Shown here one piece after another: positions 9,638 to 17,498 of a DNA stretch of 54,491 bases (its first letter is position 1; each line of letters opens with the position of its first letter). This DNA comes from Eubacteriales bacterium (lineage in GTDB: Bacteria > Bacillota > Clostridia > Oscillospirales > CAG-272): positions 1 to 54,491 of the forward strand of contig JAZODH010000075.1 in the NCBI GenBank assembly GCA_045596925.1, written 5' to 3'. The notes under the pieces were generated by a model, which saw only the letters and a list, made by a program, of their open reading frames with translations, had not been told where the DNA came from and ran no database searches. The position numbers were made by a program, and so were the translations under genes.

Positions 9638-11251
9638 ATGGCTACAAAGACAAAAAAGAAAGTGGACTTGTTTTCCACGATAATGACTATCGTTCTGGTA
9701 CTTATCATCGTTGGCGGAATTGCACTTTTTGCATTCCAGTCTTGTGAGAAGTCCGGAATCGGTCTCCGCTCCAAGATCGTTGTAAAGTCCGATAACTTCG
9801 AAGTTAACGGCGCAATGATGCAGTATGCGGTTATGACCTCTTACAACAACTATCTTTCACAGTACGAGCAGTACGGTCTGCTCGATTATCTGGGCATAGA
9901 CACGTCCAAGAAGCTCTCTGCACAGCAGTACAGCGAAAGCCAGACATGGCTCGATTTCTTCACCGAGCAGGCAAAGTCGACGGTTGAGCAGATGCTCGTT
10001 TACGCAGAGGCTGCAAAGGCTGCAGGCTTCGAGCTGAGCGAGGAGGAGCAGAATACAGTTGATTCCGTTATTTCTTCCTTCGAGCTTATGGCAAGCTACT
10101 ACGGCACTTCTACCGAGGCTTACATCGCTTCTAACTACGGTCAGGGCGTAAAGGCAAAGGATATCCGTGATTTCCTTGCTATCTCTACCCTTGCAGAGCA
10201 GTACAGCGCAAAGGTTGCCGATGATCTTAAGGAAAGCATCAAGGCAGAGGACGTAGAAACCTTCTACGGCGAAAACAAGGTTGATTACACACAGTTTGAT
10301 ACTATTTCCTATTCCGAGAAGATCACTATCGAGACCGCAGGCAAATCCGACGAGGATATTGCAGCAGAAAAGGAAGCACTCAAGAATGCACTTTCAAGAC
10401 TCACAGAGGCAAAGACTGCCGACGAATTCAAGTCTATCCTTGCTGAGATCAAGAACATAACGGTCGAGGACGCAGATAAGACTGAGGACACGACCGAGGA
10501 TACAACTGAGGACGCAACCGAGGATACAACTGAGGACGCAACCGAGGACAAGAAGGATGACGAAAAGAAAGAGGAAGAGAAGTCTCCTCTTGATAATGTC
10601 GTTGAGTCTACGGTTACAAGCGGCGAGGTTTCCGGCGATATCAAGGAGTGGCTCTTTGAGGAAAAGGACGGCGCGTTCCTGCGTGTTGCGGGCGATGCAA
10701 AGGTCTTTGATGAAAACAAGGAAAACAAGGGAACAGGCGAGGAGGCTGACGTGGTCAAGTCTCACGACTATACCGTAACCGTTTACCTCATTCTCAGCGA
10801 CGCTGAGCGTGACGAGACCATCACCAAGAACGTAGGTCATATCCTGTTCCAGAAGGATACACACGGCTCCCAGGAAAAGGCTCTTGAGGCTGCTCAGAAG
10901 GTCCTTTCCGAGTACAACACGGGTGACAGAACAAAGGAAAGCTTCGAGGAACTTGCTAACAAGAACACAGAGGATTCCGGAGTTTTCTATGACAACGTTA
11001 AGAAGGGTGACATGGTAACTTCCTTTGAAAACTGGATCTACGATGAGACTCGCAAGGTTGGTGACGTTGACATCGTTGAGACAGAGTACGGTCAGCACAT
11101 CATGTACTTTGTGGGTGATGGCGAGGCTACCTGGTATGTAAACTGCTTCAACGCTCTGTTCAACAAGATCGCAGAGGATCAGTACGAGGAGTTCAAGGCT
11201 GCTTACACGGTTGAGTACAGCGCAAAGGCTGCAAAGGCTATCAACTGCTAA
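9638..11251 (+). CDS. Membrane-anchored PrsA/SurA-like parvulin peptidyl-prolyl isomerase
   Basis: N-terminal TM, SurA-like helical region, rotamase motifs VGHILF, FEELA, MVTSFENW, VETEYGQHIMY. Confidence 0.8.
   Translation: MATKTKKKVDLFSTIMTIVLVLIIVGGIALFAFQSCEKSGIGLRSKIVVKSDNFEVNGAMMQYAVMTSYNNYLSQYEQYGLLDYLGIDTSKKLSAQQYSESQTWLDFFTEQAKSTVEQMLVYAEAAKAAGFELSEEEQNTVDSVISSFELMASYYGTSTEAYIASNYGQGVKAKDIRDFLAISTLAEQYSAKVADDLKESIKAEDVETFYGENKVDYTQFDTISYSEKITIETAGKSDEDIAAEKEALKNALSRLTEAKTADEFKSILAEIKNITVEDADKTEDTTEDTTEDATEDTTEDATEDKKDDEKKEEEKSPLDNVVESTVTSGEVSGDIKEWLFEEKDGAFLRVAGDAKVFDENKENKGTGEEADVVKSHDYTVTVYLILSDAERDETITKNVGHILFQKDTHGSQEKALEAAQKVLSEYNTGDRTKESFEELANKNTEDSGVFYDNVKKGDMVTSFENWIYDETRKVGDVDIVETEYGQHIMYFVGDGEATWYVNCFNALFNKIAEDQYEEFKAAYTVEYSAKAAKAINC
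10481..10550 (+). repeat. 12/24-bp coding tandem repeat (TEDT/TEDA)
   Basis: ACCGAGGATACAACTGAGGACGCA twice exactly (10493-10540) plus partial flanking units. Confidence 0.9.
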
Positions 11252-11272
11252 AATATTACTTAAAACGGCACT

Positions 11273-11303
11273 TTGGGGAGCACTTTTTTGAAGTGCTCCC
11301 CAA
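11273..11303. terminator. Hairpin after the foldase gene (probable terminator)
   Basis: TTGGGGAGCACTT...AAGTGCTCCCCAA. Confidence 0.6.
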
Positions 11304-11365
11304 TAAAATCTGTAACCTGTGGGTTGCAGATTCCATAGAATGATAGAAAAAAGGGAGGTATCCCA

Positions 11366-12022
11366 ATGGTAATTGAACCTAAAAGCACGACGGTGGCTTA
11401 TCGCTGTCCCCATTGCGGCGGCGGTGTTATGAGCGCCGTGAATCCGTTCGTTATAGGTGCGGATATGATAAAGCTGAAGTGCGAGTGCGGCAAGAGTGAG
11501 CTTCAGATCGTTATGGAAAAGCACGGTCCCGACAAAAAGATCCGTCTCAGCGTTCCTTGTATGCTTTGCCCCAAGCCCCATAATTTCAGCCTGACCCAGT
11601 CGGTGTTTTTTAATCGGGATATTTTTCTGCTTCCGTGTCCGTATTCGGGTGTGAATATCTGCTTTATCGGCGATGGCGATCACGTAAAAGCGGAGATGTC
11701 CAAGACCGAGCTGGAACTCCTTGATATGCTTGAAAAAAGCGGTATCGAGGGCGGTTTTGAGGTGATCCACGCCGCAGATGAGAGCGACCTGCTTCCCGAT
11801 CCGCAGATATACGATATTATCATGTTCGTTATCCGCGACCTGGAAGAGGAAAGGAAGATATTCTGCCGTTGCGAGAGCGGAGAGGGTGAGTACGAGGCCG
11901 AGGTGCTGGACTACGGCATCAAGGTGAGATGCACCAAGTGCGGTGCGTCTCAAACTATCCCAACCGACAGCCTGCTGGCGGCAAACGCTTTCCTCAACGC
12001 AGACAGTTTGCATTTGGAGTAA
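11366..12022 (+). CDS. Cys-rich hypothetical protein, probably Zn-binding
   Basis: GGGAGG RBS; CPHC, CEC, CMLC, CRC and CTKC motifs. Confidence 0.8.
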   Translation: MVIEPKSTTVAYRCPHCGGGVMSAVNPFVIGADMIKLKCECGKSELQIVMEKHGPDKKIRLSVPCMLCPKPHNFSLTQSVFFNRDIFLLPCPYSGVNICFIGDGDHVKAEMSKTELELLDMLEKSGIEGGFEVIHAADESDLLPDPQIYDIIMFVIRDLEEERKIFCRCESGEGEYEAEVLDYGIKVRCTKCGASQTIPTDSLLAANAFLNADSLHLE

Positions 12023-12122
12023 GAGGGAGCGATTATGGGGGCGCCTTTGGAAAGGCGTCCCCATACCCCCGCGAAACCTTCAAATAGGAGATTTAAGACG
12101 GACATATTATTTCGTTAAACCG

Positions 12123-12221
12123 AAAAAACGACGGCTGAACACCGCCAAGCCCCTTTAAAAAGGGGCCTGGACTCCCCAAACTAAACTTTAAAAAAACGAC
12201 GGCTGAACACCGTCGTTTTTT
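12123..12221. repeat. Dispersed intergenic repeat, copy 1, with duplicated AAAAAACGACGGCTGAACACCG
   Basis: 12145-12221 closely matches the reverse complement of 47162-47237. Confidence 0.85.
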
Positions 12222-12262
12222 GATGGGAAATTTTACGTTGATGGAGGATTTGATCTGCGCCC

Positions 12263-12437
12263 GTAGGGGTCGACGTCCTCGGCGACCCGAGAACAAAGTG
12301 GTTAAATGAATTTTGTAGATTCTCTGTATATGAACAAATTACCCTGTAGGGCGGGGGCGGTTTGCCACGCAAATTAAGCCCCGCCGTATAAAAAATTCAT
12401 TCGCGCGGACGCGGGTCGCCGAGGTGCCGATTCCTGC
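12263..12437. repeat. GTAG-type REP cluster / REPIN-like element
   Basis: GTAGGGGTCGACGTCCTCGGCGACCCG (12263-12289), inverted degenerate partner at 12412-12437, and a third GTAG-led hairpin at 12346-12386. Confidence 0.7.
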
Positions 12438-12486
12438 CGGGGCTGCTTTGTCGCAAAATCTCCTCTGCCATTTTTGAAAAAACCTC

Positions 12487-12515
12487 TTGCATATGGTCGG
12501 ATTTTGTTATATAAT
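12487..12515 (+). promoter_or_regulatory. Sigma-A promoter of lepA
   Basis: TTGCAT-17 bp-TATAAT. Confidence 0.7.
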
Positions 12516-12549
12516 ATAAGAGTTAAAATATATCATGGGAGAGTGTTCA

Positions 12550-14367
12550 ATGCAGAGCGAGAAGCAGAAGCATATTCGCAATTTTTCGATAATTGCACAT
12601 ATAGATCACGGCAAGTCTACCTTGGCGGACAGAATCCTTGAATACACAAACGCCGTTTCCAAGCGCGAGATGGAGGACCAGATCCTTGACAACATGGACC
12701 TTGAGCGTGAGCGTGGAATTACTATCAAATCCCGTGCGGTAAAGCTTGATTACACGGATAAAAACGGTGAGCAGTACGTGCTCAACCTCATCGACACCCC
12801 CGGTCACGTTGACTTTAACTACGAGGTCTCCCGTTCCCTCAACGCCTGCGACGGTGCTCTGCTTGTGGTGGACTCCACACAGGGTATTGAGGCGCAGACC
12901 TTGGCGAATGCGTACCTTGCGGTGGATGCGGACCTTGAGATCGTGCCGGTTATAAACAAGATCGACCTGCCTTCTGCCGACGTGGAGAAGGTCAGAGCGG
13001 AGATCGAGGACGTTATCGGCATTCCCGCCGAGGGCTGTCCTGCGGTTTCGGCAAAGACGGGTCTCAATATCGGCGACGTGCTTGACAAGATAATTTCCGA
13101 CATTCCCGCACCCGGCGGTGAGGAGGATGCGCCCCTCAAAGCGCTGATCTTCGATTCCTATTACGACAGCTATCTGGGCGTTGTGGTTTACGTCCGCGTA
13201 ATGGACGGGCGTCTTAGATCCGGTCAGAGAATAAGGCTCATGAACTCGGGCGCGGAATTTGACGTTGTGGACGTAGGCACGATGGAGCCTTTGGGACTTG
13301 CCAAGTGCGACGAGCTGTCCGCAGGCATGGTTGGATATATCACCGCCAGCATCAAGTTCATCGGTGACACCCGTGTGGGCGACACGGTCACTCTTGTGGA
13401 CACCCCCACATCCGAGCCTTGCCCGGGCTTTAAGCAGGCACTTCCCATGGTCTATTCGGGTATCTATCCCGCTGACGGCGCACGGTACAACGACTTGCGC
13501 GAGGCCCTTGAAAAGCTGCAGTTAAACGACGCGGCACTTTGGTTTGAACCCGAGACGTCTATCGCTCTCGGCTTTGGCTTCCGTTGCGGATTCCTCGGAC
13601 TTCTCCACATGGAGATCATCGAGGAGCGACTTGAGCGCGAGTTCAATCTTGACCTGATCACCACCGCCCCCAGCGTTATTTACAAAATAAAGAAGAGAAA
13701 CGGCGAGACCGTGCGTATCGACAACCCCTCAAACTATCCCTCGGCCGACGAGATCGAGGTGGCTTACGAGCCTATGGTCAAGGGCAATATCATCACCCCT
13801 ACCGAGTACGTTGGCGGTCTGATGGACCTTTGCCAGGACAGGCGAGGCGTGTTTATCGACATGAAGTACATTGACACCGAGCGCGTTGAGCTTCACTACG
13901 ACCTGCCCCTGAACGAGATCATTTACGACTTCTTCGATGCGCTCAAAAGCCGTTCCAAGGGCTATGCGTCCCTTGATTATGAGCTGTCCGATTACCGTGA
14001 GAGCAAGCTGGTGAAGCTTGATTTCATGCTCAACGGAGAAACGGTGGACGCGCTGTCCTTTATAGTCCACGAGGAAAAGGCTTACGCCAGGGCGAGAAAG
14101 ATCGCGGAGAAGCTCAAGGAAAATATTCCGAGACAGCTTTTCGAGATCCCGATCCAGGCGGCGGTAGGCTCAAGAATTATCGCGCGCGAAACCGTCAAGG
14201 CTATGAGAAAGGACGTTCTTGCAAAGTGCTACGGCGGCGATATTACCAGAAAGAAAAAGCTGCTTGAAAAGCAGAAGGAAGGTAAGAAGAAGATGCGCCA
14301 GCTGGGCTCGGTACAGGTATCGCCCGAGGCGTTTATGGCTGTCCTCAAGATGGACGACGAGAGCTGA
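12550..14367 (+). CDS. lepA: Translation elongation factor 4
   Basis: [49 protein letters not shown]. Confidence 0.98.
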   Translation: MQSEKQKHIRNFSIIAHIDHGKSTLADRILEYTNAVSKREMEDQILDNMDLERERGITIKSRAVKLDYTDKNGEQYVLNLIDTPGHVDFNYEVSRSLNACDGALLVVDSTQGIEAQTLANAYLAVDADLEIVPVINKIDLPSADVEKVRAEIEDVIGIPAEGCPAVSAKTGLNIGDVLDKIISDIPAPGGEEDAPLKALIFDSYYDSYLGVVVYVRVMDGRLRSGQRIRLMNSGAEFDVVDVGTMEPLGLAKCDELSAGMVGYITASIKFIGDTRVGDTVTLVDTPTSEPCPGFKQALPMVYSGIYPADGARYNDLREALEKLQLNDAALWFEPETSIALGFGFRCGFLGLLHMEIIEERLEREFNLDLITTAPSVIYKIKKRNGETVRIDNPSNYPSADEIEVAYEPMVKGNIITPTEYVGGLMDLCQDRRGVFIDMKYIDTERVELHYDLPLNEIIYDFFDALKSRSKGYASLDYELSDYRESKLVKLDFMLNGETVDALSFIVHEEKAYARARKIAEKLKENIPRQLFEIPIQAAVGSRIIARETVKAMRKDVLAKCYGGDITRKKKLLEKQKEGKKKMRQLGSVQVSPEAFMAVLKMDDES

Positions 14368-14381
14368 AAGGAGAAGGTGGC

Positions 14382-15560
14382 ATGAAAAAAACAAAAAAGC
14401 CCTTAGGGCTTTACATTCACATTCCTTTTTGTCTGAGAAAGTGCGCGTATTGCGATTTCTACTCCTGCACGGGTGCCGACCCCGAGCTTGTTCATCATTA
14501 TATTTCCTCCTGTATGCTCCAGATGGAGGACATCTCCGAGAGCTGTCGGGGGTACGAGATCGACACGGTCTATATCGGCGGCGGTACGCCGACGACCTTG
14601 CCCATAAAGGAATTTGAAAGACTTTTGTCGGCTGTTGAGCGGAATTTCAAGCTCAGCCGCTACGCCGAGATCACGACTGAGGCAAACCCCGCAACGGCGG
14701 ATAAAAAATACCTCAAAGCCTTGCACAAGTTGGGGGTAAACCGTCTCAGCATCGGTTTCCAAAGTGCAAACATCAGCGAGCTGGAGCTGCTCGGCAGGAT
14801 ACATACGGTCGAGGATTTCGCCAATATGTATAAGGATGCCCGCGCGGCAGGCTTTGACAACATCAGCGTGGACTTGATGTACGGAATCCCCGCACAGTCG
14901 ATGCAAAGCTTCCAGAGCACTCTGGGATACGTTTGCGATATGAACCCCGAACATCTGTCCTTATACTGCCTAAAAATAGAGGAGGGAACACCCTTCTTTG
15001 AGATGCGAGACACGCTGGAATTGCCGGGCGAGGATGCGGAATATGATATGTACATGTGGGCGGTGGATTATCTGAGAAGCCACGGATATAACCGTTATGA
15101 GATAAGCAATTTCGCAAAAGCAGGACTTGAGTCCCGTCACAATCTGAAGTATTGGAACGCTGACGAGTACATCGGCATCGGTACGGCGGCGCACTCCTAC
15201 TTTGGGGGTGAAAGATATTCCATAATTAAGAACATTCACGATTTTATTGACGGAATCGAGATCCCCGAAACGAACATGAAGCTTATTGAGGGAAGTAAGA
15301 CGCTTTCGCTCAGAGAAAAAATGTCTGAGTACGTTATGCTCCGCATGAGGCTTGATGCAGGAGTCAACGCCGAGGATTTTGAAGCTATGTTCGGTACCGA
15401 TTTCCACGCTTTCTGCGGAAAGCATCTTGACGAATACGTAAAGGACGGGTTCGTTATCCGCGAGGGCAGGAATTACCGCTTCTCATCGAAGGGAATGTTC
15501 GTCAGCAATTACATACTTTCAACCGTTCTTGATTTTTCTCCCGAAAACACATTTGCCTGA
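14382..15560 (+). CDS. hemW: Radical SAM heme chaperone HemW
   Basis: YIHIPFCLRKCAYCDF, GGGTP, YEISNF, HNLKYW; directly follows lepA. Confidence 0.93.
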   Translation: MKKTKKPLGLYIHIPFCLRKCAYCDFYSCTGADPELVHHYISSCMLQMEDISESCRGYEIDTVYIGGGTPTTLPIKEFERLLSAVERNFKLSRYAEITTEANPATADKKYLKALHKLGVNRLSIGFQSANISELELLGRIHTVEDFANMYKDARAAGFDNISVDLMYGIPAQSMQSFQSTLGYVCDMNPEHLSLYCLKIEEGTPFFEMRDTLELPGEDAEYDMYMWAVDYLRSHGYNRYEISNFAKAGLESRHNLKYWNADEYIGIGTAAHSYFGGERYSIIKNIHDFIDGIEIPETNMKLIEGSKTLSLREKMSEYVMLRMRLDAGVNAEDFEAMFGTDFHAFCGKHLDEYVKDGFVIREGRNYRFSSKGMFVSNYILSTVLDFSPENTFA

Positions 15561-15575
15561 AATTTCAAAAAACGG

Positions 15576-15604
15576 TTGACATTGACAAGAATATATTATA
15601 CAAT
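15576..15604 (+). promoter_or_regulatory. Sigma-A promoter
   Basis: TTGACA-17 bp-TACAAT. Confidence 0.7.
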
Positions 15605-15641
15605 ATAAACGTAAAATACTAAAGAAGGACAGGTGATAACT

Positions 15642-15965
15642 GTGGCAGATAAGGATATTAAAAACATTGGTGAAGAGATTCCCGATACTTACACGTTGAC
15701 AGACGACGAAGGCAACGAATTTGAGGTTGAGCTTCTGGCTTCCTTTGAATTTGAAGGCAAGCAGTACAGAGCAATTACTCCCGCAGAGGGGGGTCAGGCA
15801 CCCGAAAAGGGCAAGGATCAGCTTATCGAGTACGATATCCTCGAGGTGGTTCTGGACGATGAGGGTGAGGAAATGCTCATCTCTATCGAGGACGACGAGG
15901 AGTTCGACCGCGTGGCGGATTTCTTTGACGACGCGTTCTTTGGCGAGGTCGACTACGATAACTGA
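15642..15965 (+). CDS. Acidic DUF1292-like protein
   Basis: TLTDDEGNEFE...FEGKQY...IEDDEEFDRV pattern; GTG start (15633 also possible). Confidence 0.85.
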   Translation: MADKDIKNIGEEIPDTYTLTDDEGNEFEVELLASFEFEGKQYRAITPAEGGQAPEKGKDQLIEYDILEVVLDDEGEEMLISIEDDEEFDRVADFFDDAFFGEVDYDN

Positions 15966-15990
15966 TCTTATTTAATCGAAAAAGTAAAAA

Positions 15991-16206
15991 TCCCTGCCGT
16001 TCCCGTGATTTCTCGGGTAAATTGGACCCACATCACTTTATAGGAGTCCGGATAAGCTTCCGAAGTGGATTGCAGGCCTCCCGGTATGCGCACCGATTGA
16101 CTTGTCTCGGCGCATATACGGACGTTGGAAGCAGTAAAGCTTCGGAGAGGACACCGCCTTGCACATGCAGGGTCTCCTATTCTCGGCTACACGGCTCGGT
16201 GGGGGA
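15991..16206 (+). ncRNA. ssrS: Probable 6S RNA
   Basis: Termini pair (CCCTGCCG/CGGTGGGG, CCGTG/CACGG); Firmicute 6S-like segments TTGGACCCACATCA...GGAG and GGAGAGGACACCGCCT...GCAGGGTC flank a central bubble; long rod-like fold. Confidence 0.72.
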
Positions 16207-16225
16207 AACGTAGAAAGGAAAAAAC

Positions 16226-17446
16226 ATGAAAAGAATAATTTTGATTTTGCTCGCTTTTACTTTGTTGCTGAGCGCTTGTATGCCGCCCAAAAAGGACGGT
16301 GATGGTCAGACAGACGGTCAAACGGACCCCGAGAACACATCGGGAGTTCAAACGGATAATCAGACAAGCCCGGAGGATAGTTCAATGAATACAACAGAAC
16401 AACCCCCCGATACTCAGGAGCCTGATGTAACCGAAGAAACACCCGTTGATCCTGCGTCCCTTTACCGCGAGATAGATGGCATAAAATATTATGACGTCAG
16501 AGCCGCAGGTGCGCGCGGAAGCGTTTACAGCACCGATGACAGCGCTTATTTTATTGAGGGCGTTGAGGGATATTACATAGACGAGTTGACCTTTATGCTC
16601 GACGAGGAGACCATCTGGCGGATAGTTGACGTGCCCTGTACGGGTACGGGAGCTGTAAAATGGAAGGACTATACGAACAAAAGCCTCAGAGAGTGTGAGG
16701 ACAAGTTTGACGGAATCCTTTACGCAGACAAGATCAACGATCCTATTTATGCTTTTATGTGCCTTCCCAGCCAGCGAGCTACCGTGATGGATCGTGTCAA
16801 TGCAGGAAACCATTATGAATATGACGATAAGTACGTAAAAATAGTGACCATCGGCGCGGTATACAACAATTCGGATATGCCTATCCCCGATGATGCGGAG
16901 TTTACCATCTGCATTGGCCGCACAACTCTGTTGCTGTGCACCGAGGAAAAGGGCTGGTATATGGCATGTGAGCTTGATACCCCTGCAAAGCCGAACAGTA
17001 TTTATTATCTCCCCTGGACTCTGGAGCATACGCTTGGCACCATGAAGCTTGACGCTTCGAGAGTAACTCTTGTTGACGATCACTACGAGATCAAGATGAC
17101 GGGCGCGGAGCTTAATGGCGCGGACGGACGAGATAAGGGCGCAACGGGAAGCGTTCTTCACTTCTGGGGAGAGAACGTAATGCTTGATCCCGATGAAGAG
17201 ATCCTCGGAGTTGTGACCAGCTTTGAATGCTGGATAAAAGAGGAAGAATGGGCGCCTTACGTAGCGGCGGCTATCGGCGCTGACTGGCGTGACAGTCAGA
17301 ACAAGATCTCCCAGACATATTCGGGCTTCAATTATGCTCTCACGACCGAGCCTACCGTTGTCTTCGGACACAACGTTGGACCTATGGCATATGATGACGT
17401 AATGGACAGCGAAAAGGTTCAAGAGCTTCTTGAATTGAATAAATAA
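16226..17446 (+). CDS. Lipoprotein of unknown function
   Basis: Signal peptide with LSAC lipobox, acidic P/T/E linker, globular C-terminal domain. Confidence 0.85.
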   Translation: MKRIILILLAFTLLLSACMPPKKDGDGQTDGQTDPENTSGVQTDNQTSPEDSSMNTTEQPPDTQEPDVTEETPVDPASLYREIDGIKYYDVRAAGARGSVYSTDDSAYFIEGVEGYYIDELTFMLDEETIWRIVDVPCTGTGAVKWKDYTNKSLRECEDKFDGILYADKINDPIYAFMCLPSQRATVMDRVNAGNHYEYDDKYVKIVTIGAVYNNSDMPIPDDAEFTICIGRTTLLLCTEEKGWYMACELDTPAKPNSIYYLPWTLEHTLGTMKLDASRVTLVDDHYEIKMTGAELNGADGRDKGATGSVLHFWGENVMLDPDEEILGVVTSFECWIKEEEWAPYVAAAIGADWRDSQNKISQTYSGFNYALTTEPTVVFGHNVGPMAYDDVMDSEKVQELLELNK

Positions 17447-17487
17447 AAAACAACCGCAGGATCTTTGATCCTGCGGTTGTTTTTTAT
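17443..17487. terminator. Bidirectional intrinsic terminator
   Basis: ATAAAAAACAACCGCAGGATC-TTT-GATCCTGCGGTTGTTTTTTAT. Confidence 0.85.
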
Positions 17488-17498
17488 GTGTCGGGAAA

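Noticed and set aside
10394-12064. 556-aa minus-strand ORF, and similar long ORFs at 4735-5919, 17826-19616, 37540-39051 and 41142-42431
   Set aside because: Antisense shadows of well-supported genes, with no motifs or RBS; expected from codon bias.
12123-12212. Direct repeat AAAAAACGACGGCTGAACACCG as a mini CRISPR array
   Set aside because: Only two copies, no cas genes, and the intervening sequence is itself repeated at 47.2 kb.
16022-16213. 63-aa ORF
   Set aside because: Lies within the structured 6S-like RNA and has no RBS.
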